This document shows positions 47,139 to 51,281 of a stretch of DNA of 51,281 nucleotides, one piece after another (within the stretch, counting starts at the first letter, position 1; each line of letters begins with the position of its first letter). The stretch is taken from IMG/VR virus record IMGVR_UViG_3300048865_000015, positions 1-51,281 of that record; one strand, given 5' to 3'. Origin of the DNA: a virus. Taxonomy: Duplodnaviria > Caudoviricetes. Under the pieces are notes generated by a model. That model saw only the letters and a program-made list of their open reading frames with translations. It ran no database searches and had not been told where the DNA came from. Made by a program: the position numbers and the translations under genes.

Positions 47139-47190
47139 GGTCGAAACGGGCGTAAGCCCGTCCACGTGTAAGGCACGTGCTGATGAGACC
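47139..47190 (+). ncRNA. Hammerhead ribozyme type II (HHR3)
   Basis: Identical to HHR1; predicted cleavage after 47162. Confidence 0.92.
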
Positions 47191-47207
47191 AAACGGGAGA
47201 TAGCCCT

Positions 47208-47432
47208 ATGACTGTACGTATTGACTTCGCCTTGTCGCTGACCATCGACGACGCCGTGGCATTCCGCAAGGCCGCGTATGAGCGTGCCCGCGAATCCATG
47301 ACGGACGAAGAGGGAGCAAGCGACTACCTGGACATTACCGCGACAAGCCTGGGGGACTGCGCCGTCATGCTGCTTGATCCGGGCTCTCTTCCCGGCGCAG
47401 AGATTCAGGACAGCACAAGCGAAGAGTTCTAA
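47208..47432 (+). CDS. Early acidic hypothetical protein
   Basis: GGAG RBS after HHR3. Confidence 0.65.
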   Translation: MTVRIDFALSLTIDDAVAFRKAAYERARESMTDEEGASDYLDITATSLGDCAVMLLDPGSLPGAEIQDSTSEEF

Positions 47433-47434
47433 CC

Positions 47435-47620
47435 ATGGAATACACGGAACGGACCATTACCGCCATGCGGGCATGCGTGCTGGCGCTTGCGGACCTGGGT
47501 AACGCCAAGGCCATAGACGCGGACCCGGCGGATTCGGAATACATCGCGCGATGCAAGGCGAATGCACGCGCGGCCCTGCGCCAGCTCGAATACGCGGACG
47601 GCGCACATTTTCAGCAGTAA
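47435..47620 (+). CDS. Early hypothetical protein
   Basis: Tightly packed 61-aa ORF. Confidence 0.55.
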   Translation: MEYTERTITAMRACVLALADLGNAKAIDADPADSEYIARCKANARAALRQLEYADGAHFQQ

Positions 47621-47633
47621 CGGAGATTCAAAC

Positions 47634-47849
47634 ATGACCATCAAAGAATACGCATTCGACGTAACCCTATTCGCGGTAATCCGCGTAAAAGCGACAAGCG
47701 AAAAGGCGGCCCGCGCAATGATCCGCGACGCTCTGAACGGTTCCGGCGCAAACCTGGGCGCGTGGCCCGATGGTGCGCCGATCATGGCCGAAGTGAGTGC
47801 GGACGGCATATGCGGGCCATGTGAGATCGACGGGGAACCGGCAGAGTGA
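47634..47849 (+). CDS. Early hypothetical protein
   Basis: GGAG RBS; MTIKEYAFDV. Confidence 0.65.
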   Translation: MTIKEYAFDVTLFAVIRVKATSEKAARAMIRDALNGSGANLGAWPDGAPIMAEVSADGICGPCEIDGEPAE

Positions 47850-47851
47850 CA

Positions 47852-47906
47852 GGACGAAACACGGCATCGCGCCGTGTCTGCGCGTGATTCGCGTACTGAT
47901 GAGTCC
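47852..47906 (+). ncRNA. Hammerhead ribozyme type II (HHR4, divergent stems)
   Basis: ggac-GAAA-cacggc(atcgc)gccgtg-TC^-tgcgcg(tgatt)cgcgta-CTGATGA-gtcc; predicted cleavage after 47878. Confidence 0.9.
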
Positions 47907-47928
47907 ATAACCCAATGTAGAGATAGAC

Positions 47929-48246
47929 ATGCAATTCCAGAAACCCGCAACCGCCGCCGCCGGCTGGCTTGGTGAGCGCGTCAAAACCGGCTTTCAATTC
48001 GAGATTGAAGGGACGCTGTATCACTTTCTGGCTGAAGCGGTTCCGCATACGTGCGCGACGCTGGCCGGTTGCTCCCTGGTGTCCGCCCGGGTCTATGAAA
48101 CCATGGGCTTCGTTACCGTGGGCATCGTGGTTTACGTGCTGCGTAAGCGCGTAAAGCGCGATGCCGTGGCGATAGAAGCCGACGCCATCAAAGCCGCCGA
48201 GACCGTCGACGCGGCCCTATCCAAAATCCGCAACCCGTACCGCTAA
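47929..48246 (+). CDS. Early hypothetical protein
   Basis: 105-aa ORF after HHR4. Confidence 0.55.
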   Translation: MQFQKPATAAAGWLGERVKTGFQFEIEGTLYHFLAEAVPHTCATLAGCSLVSARVYETMGFVTVGIVVYVLRKRVKRDAVAIEADAIKAAETVDAALSKIRNPYR

Positions 48247-48248
48247 CC

Positions 48249-48356
48249 ATGAATACCCTACTGCCCTACGTGCCCATTGAATACCCAACGCTGGACGAGG
48301 TAATCGAGTCGATACCCGCCCTGGTCGAATACCTCAATGATTCGGCCGGCAACTAA
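48249..48356 (+). CDS. Small acidic peptide (35 aa)
   Basis: MNTLLPYVPIEYPTLDEVIE...; stop codon is part of an operator-like motif. Confidence 0.4.
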   Translation: MNTLLPYVPIEYPTLDEVIESIPALVEYLNDSAGN

Positions 48357-48369
48357 AGCGAGTCACCTA
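48354..48369 (+). promoter_or_regulatory. Operator-like palindrome
   Basis: TAAAGCGAGTCACCTA. Confidence 0.55.
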
Positions 48370-48616
48370 GTAGAGCTGGGACCGTCCAGGACGGCCCTAG
48401 GCGCGATTTCCGGCCCGGGATGGTATGTTGATGTACCCCCGGGCTTTCGTGCGCCCCTGGGCCGTTTAAATGCGTCCCGCGCCCCGCAAGCAACCGGACA
48501 TAGGGTGAGACCCATTCCGACGCCCCGAATTCCAGCAGCACGCCTCAGCCGGCCGGTGACCTCTCCGCGCAGCCTGGGGCATCGTTGCCTCTATCTAGCC
48601 TTAGCGCGGCCGGTTT

Positions 48617-48640
48617 CGAGTAACTCGACACAAGGTAGAG
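48617..48640 (+). promoter_or_regulatory. Putative phage-RNAP promoter
   Basis: Exact copy of 18570-18593. Confidence 0.6.
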
Positions 48641-48917
48641 TCGCTGGGATAGTCTATAAGATGTCTATATGACATCTAGGGATAGCACTGGTTAACACGG
48701 GAGTGTCGCTGATTGCCACTCCCCCACTGACAATGTCCTGACTTACAGTGCCTGTCAGCCATCTGTAGCACCACACCAACAACTTGTAATACATCGTGAT
48801 GCGATATGAAAACCCTTGCATAATTTAAAGGGATTTGCTGAGGGACCATCTATCTAGTTGCAGTACCCTTTGAAGTTAGACGGTATCATTAACCCGCCTT
48901 AACCCGGAGAGTAGTCC

Positions 48918-49295
48918 ATGACTGTGAAAGTTGATCCATCCGCACTCGTCCTGCGTAAGCGATTCGGCACGTGGCTCAAGACCATGCGCGAAGACGCCGG
49001 GAAGACCCAGCTCGACATAGCGACGTACCTGAACTACGGGTACACCGTCATGGTGTCCCAGATAGAACGGGGCGTGTCCGCCTTACCTGAGCATGACCTG
49101 CTCTTGTGGGCGGAAGCGCTCAATGTGCCGGCGGCCGAATTCGCTTCACGCTATCTGTATTACTACCGTCCCTACATCTTCGAAGCCTTGTATGGCAAGG
49201 ACCCCTATGTCATCGAAAAGCTCTCCCGTGCTCCAAAGACAATCGGACCAGCTCCCGGGAACCCTCATCCAAGCCGCGCACACCGCCGCGCGTGA
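48918..49295 (+). CDS. XRE-family HTH repressor (CI-like)
   Basis: FGTWLKTMREDAGKTQLDIA...VSQIERG; adjacent to integrase. Confidence 0.85.
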   Translation: MTVKVDPSALVLRKRFGTWLKTMREDAGKTQLDIATYLNYGYTVMVSQIERGVSALPEHDLLLWAEALNVPAAEFASRYLYYYRPYIFEALYGKDPYVIEKLSRAPKTIGPAPGNPHPSRAHRRA

Positions 49296-49525
49296 CGAGT
49301 GGGGCAATCGAGTCAGCGACCTGTTTACAGAATGCCCCGAGACGCCCTACTTCGCCATCGACCTGGGCGAGCTGGAATTGGTGGTGGAAGTGGTCGGCGG
49401 CTGGGTACGGATCCACACACCGAATTGGGTGATGCTCTGGCAAGAGCCTGAGACAACCTGTACTTTCAATGCGCTCTGGTCGCGGCTCACGCAGATCGGA
49501 GACGGCCTGGGAATCGAGAGGAATC

Positions 49526-50752
49526 ATGACACTCTACAAGCGGCCTGATAGCGACGTCTGGTGGTACGAGTTCCAGGTGGCGGGCAACCGCTACCGTGGC
49601 AGCACCAAGACGGCCAATAAGCGCGAAGCGACGGCCATTGAGGTCGAGCGGAGGCGGGAAGCCGTCGAGGACCTGTCGCGTGCCCGTCTGGGCATAAAGC
49701 GATTCACTTTGTGGGAAGTCGCTCAGAAGTGGCTGGCCTCGTCCGAGCATGCACTGAAGGACCACAAGAACAACGTGAGCCGCGTGCGCAAGCTCTTCGG
49801 GATCGAGATGGTCCAGGAGGGCAAGGGCAACTGGGTGGAGGTCGAGGGCAAGCGCTACGGCCTGTCCAAGACCCTCTATGTCCACGAGGTGACCCAGGAC
49901 ACCCTGATGACCCTCCGGGACACCCGTGTCCGCGAAGGGAACTCCCCGGCCACCATCAACCGCGAGATGTCGCTGATGCAGTCCCTGATGGGCTACGCGG
50001 CGGACATGCGCTGCGTGATGCCGGCCGTGCCTATCGTGTGGAGCCAGAAGCGCAACCGCGCGGCGTCGCTGAAGATGCGGGAGCCGGGCGGCAAGCTGCG
50101 CTGGCTCACCGTACCCGAAGAGAAGGCCGTGCTCGCCAAGCTGGCCGAGGCGATCCATGAGGGCGACTGCGCCGGCCAGGACAACTACGACCTGTCCGTG
50201 CTGCTCCTGGACACCGGGGCGCGGTACAGCGAGATCGCGGAGCTGAAGTGGTCCCAGGTGGACCTGGACGCGGGCCGGATCTACCTGTACCGCCCCAAGG
50301 TGGACAACGAGGGCGGCCTGGACCTCACGGCGCGGTCCCTGGAGATCCTTAAGCGGCGCCGGGAAGCCACGCGGCCCCGTAGCTTCGTCTTCCCGGGCAT
50401 GCGCCCGGCGGGCCGAGGCCGGCAGGTGTGGGTGGATGTGGATGTGTGCCGTGGGCATGCGACGGACGGCATACAGCAGGCGATAGACGCCGCCGGCCTG
50501 AACGCGGACCTCTCGCGCGGCAAGGCGACGCCGCACACCTTCCGGGACACCTTCGCGTCACGGCTGGTCCAGGCGGGCCTGTCGCTTCTCAAGGTGAGCC
50601 ATCTGCTCGGCCACGCGGACGAGTCGATGACCCGTAAGTACGCGCACCTGTGCCCGGAGAACACCGGACGCGAGGCGCGGGACCTCCTGAACCGGCTGCA
50701 TGCGAGTAACTCGACACAGGGTGACGACCCTATCGCCGTCGCCCTGGGTTGA
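49526..50752 (+). CDS. int: Tyrosine integrase
   Basis: Arm-binding N-terminus LYKR..VWWYEF; DTGARYSE, HTFRDTFASRL, LLGH, KYAH. Confidence 0.95.
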   Translation: MTLYKRPDSDVWWYEFQVAGNRYRGSTKTANKREATAIEVERRREAVEDLSRARLGIKRFTLWEVAQKWLASSEHALKDHKNNVSRVRKLFGIEMVQEGKGNWVEVEGKRYGLSKTLYVHEVTQDTLMTLRDTRVREGNSPATINREMSLMQSLMGYAADMRCVMPAVPIVWSQKRNRAASLKMREPGGKLRWLTVPEEKAVLAKLAEAIHEGDCAGQDNYDLSVLLLDTGARYSEIAELKWSQVDLDAGRIYLYRPKVDNEGGLDLTARSLEILKRRREATRPRSFVFPGMRPAGRGRQVWVDVDVCRGHATDGIQQAIDAAGLNADLSRGKATPHTFRDTFASRLVQAGLSLLKVSHLLGHADESMTRKYAHLCPENTGREARDLLNRLHASNSTQGDDPIAVALG

Positions 50753-50846
50753 GAAACTGGACACAGGGTGACGACCCTATGGCCGTAGCCCAACAAGTCA
50801 GGAGACGGTCATGCGCGAGTAACTGGACACAGGGTGACGACCCTAT
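50704..50846 (+). repeat. Three 30-bp direct repeats GAGWAACTSGACACAGGGTGACGACCCTAT
   Basis: Copies at 50704, 50751, 50817; first part matches the promoter-like motif at 18570/48617. Confidence 0.85.
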
Positions 50847-50878
50847 CGGGACGTTGCGTGGGAGCCACGATGCAAGTG

Positions 50879-50916
50879 GTCCCCACGTTCCGCCCCACGG
50901 TGAAGCTCCCCACGGT
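50879..50916 (+). promoter_or_regulatory. Putative integrase arm-type sites (CCCCACG x3)
   Basis: Counterpart of 4967-4990 on the other side of the att core. Confidence 0.55.
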
Positions 50917-50949
50917 AAAGCCGGTTGCTTTATACTTCCGGCTTAACTT

Positions 50950-50971
50950 CCTGAGTTTGCTCAGGTTTTAT
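50950..50971 (+). terminator. Hairpin/terminator next to att
   Basis: cctgag-tttg-ctcagg followed by ttttat. Confidence 0.45.
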
Positions 50972-51050
<79 letters not shown>

Positions 51051-51111
51051 TTGGTTTTTCAACCGACTCCGGCCGCATTCACGGCCGGATTTTTCACCTT
51101 TGCAGCGCGCC

Positions 51112-51281
51112 TTACTGGCCTTCGAGGAAACTCTTCAGCTTGTCGGCACGGCTCGGATGGCGCAGCTTGCGCAACGCCTTGGCTTCGATCTGGCGAATCC
51201 GTTCGCGGGTGACGTCGAACTGCTTGCCGACTTCTTCCAGCGTCTGGTCGGTGCTCATTTCGATACCGAAGCGCATGCGCA
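51112..51281 (-). CDS. rpoD: RNA polymerase sigma70 factor, C-terminal fragment
   Basis: [56 protein letters not shown]. Confidence 0.95.
   Translation of the reverse strand, partial: RMRFGIEMSTDQTLEEVGKQFDVTRERIRQIEAKALRKLRHPSRADKLKSFLEGQ

Noticed and set aside
45798-47190. Repeats as CRISPR repeats, attC sites or terminators
   Set aside because: Separated by whole genes, no U-tract, and fully explained by the hammerhead consensus
49093-49548. ORF between repressor and integrase (possible Xis or accessory gene)
   Set aside because: No clear start/RBS outside the repressor overlap and no recognisable motif; left uncalled
50704-50846. CRISPR mini-array
   Set aside because: Spacers are 17 and 36 bp, the repeat is non-palindromic and overlaps int, no cas genes, and the motif recurs at promoter-like positions

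Overview
Betaproteobacterial chromosome segment. Host genes on the left (partial LysR regulator, GT9 glycosyltransferase, two tandem hemopexin-like paralogs, an IS3 remnant) are followed by an apparently complete ~46 kb temperate T7-like (Autographiviridae-type) prophage (~4866-51016). It is integrated in the anticodon loop of the tRNA(CAT, probably Ile2) gene downstream of rpoD. The prophage is permuted so that it starts with the RNA polymerase and ends with early genes, repressor and integrase. Main observations: (1) four type II hammerhead ribozymes punctuate the early operon, each between a stop codon and the next RBS; (2) the T7-type RNA polymerase is split into two genes separated by two small ORFs; (3) integration disconnects the RNAP from all upstream promoters; (4) two regulatory motif families (7 palindromic operator-like sites, 5 phage-promoter-like sites); (5) the phage supplies a tRNA T-arm with compensatory changes; (6) a tRNA-Asn lies between scaffold and capsid genes; (7) the portal probably starts at CTG. 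All calls come from reading motifs by eye; no database searches were run.
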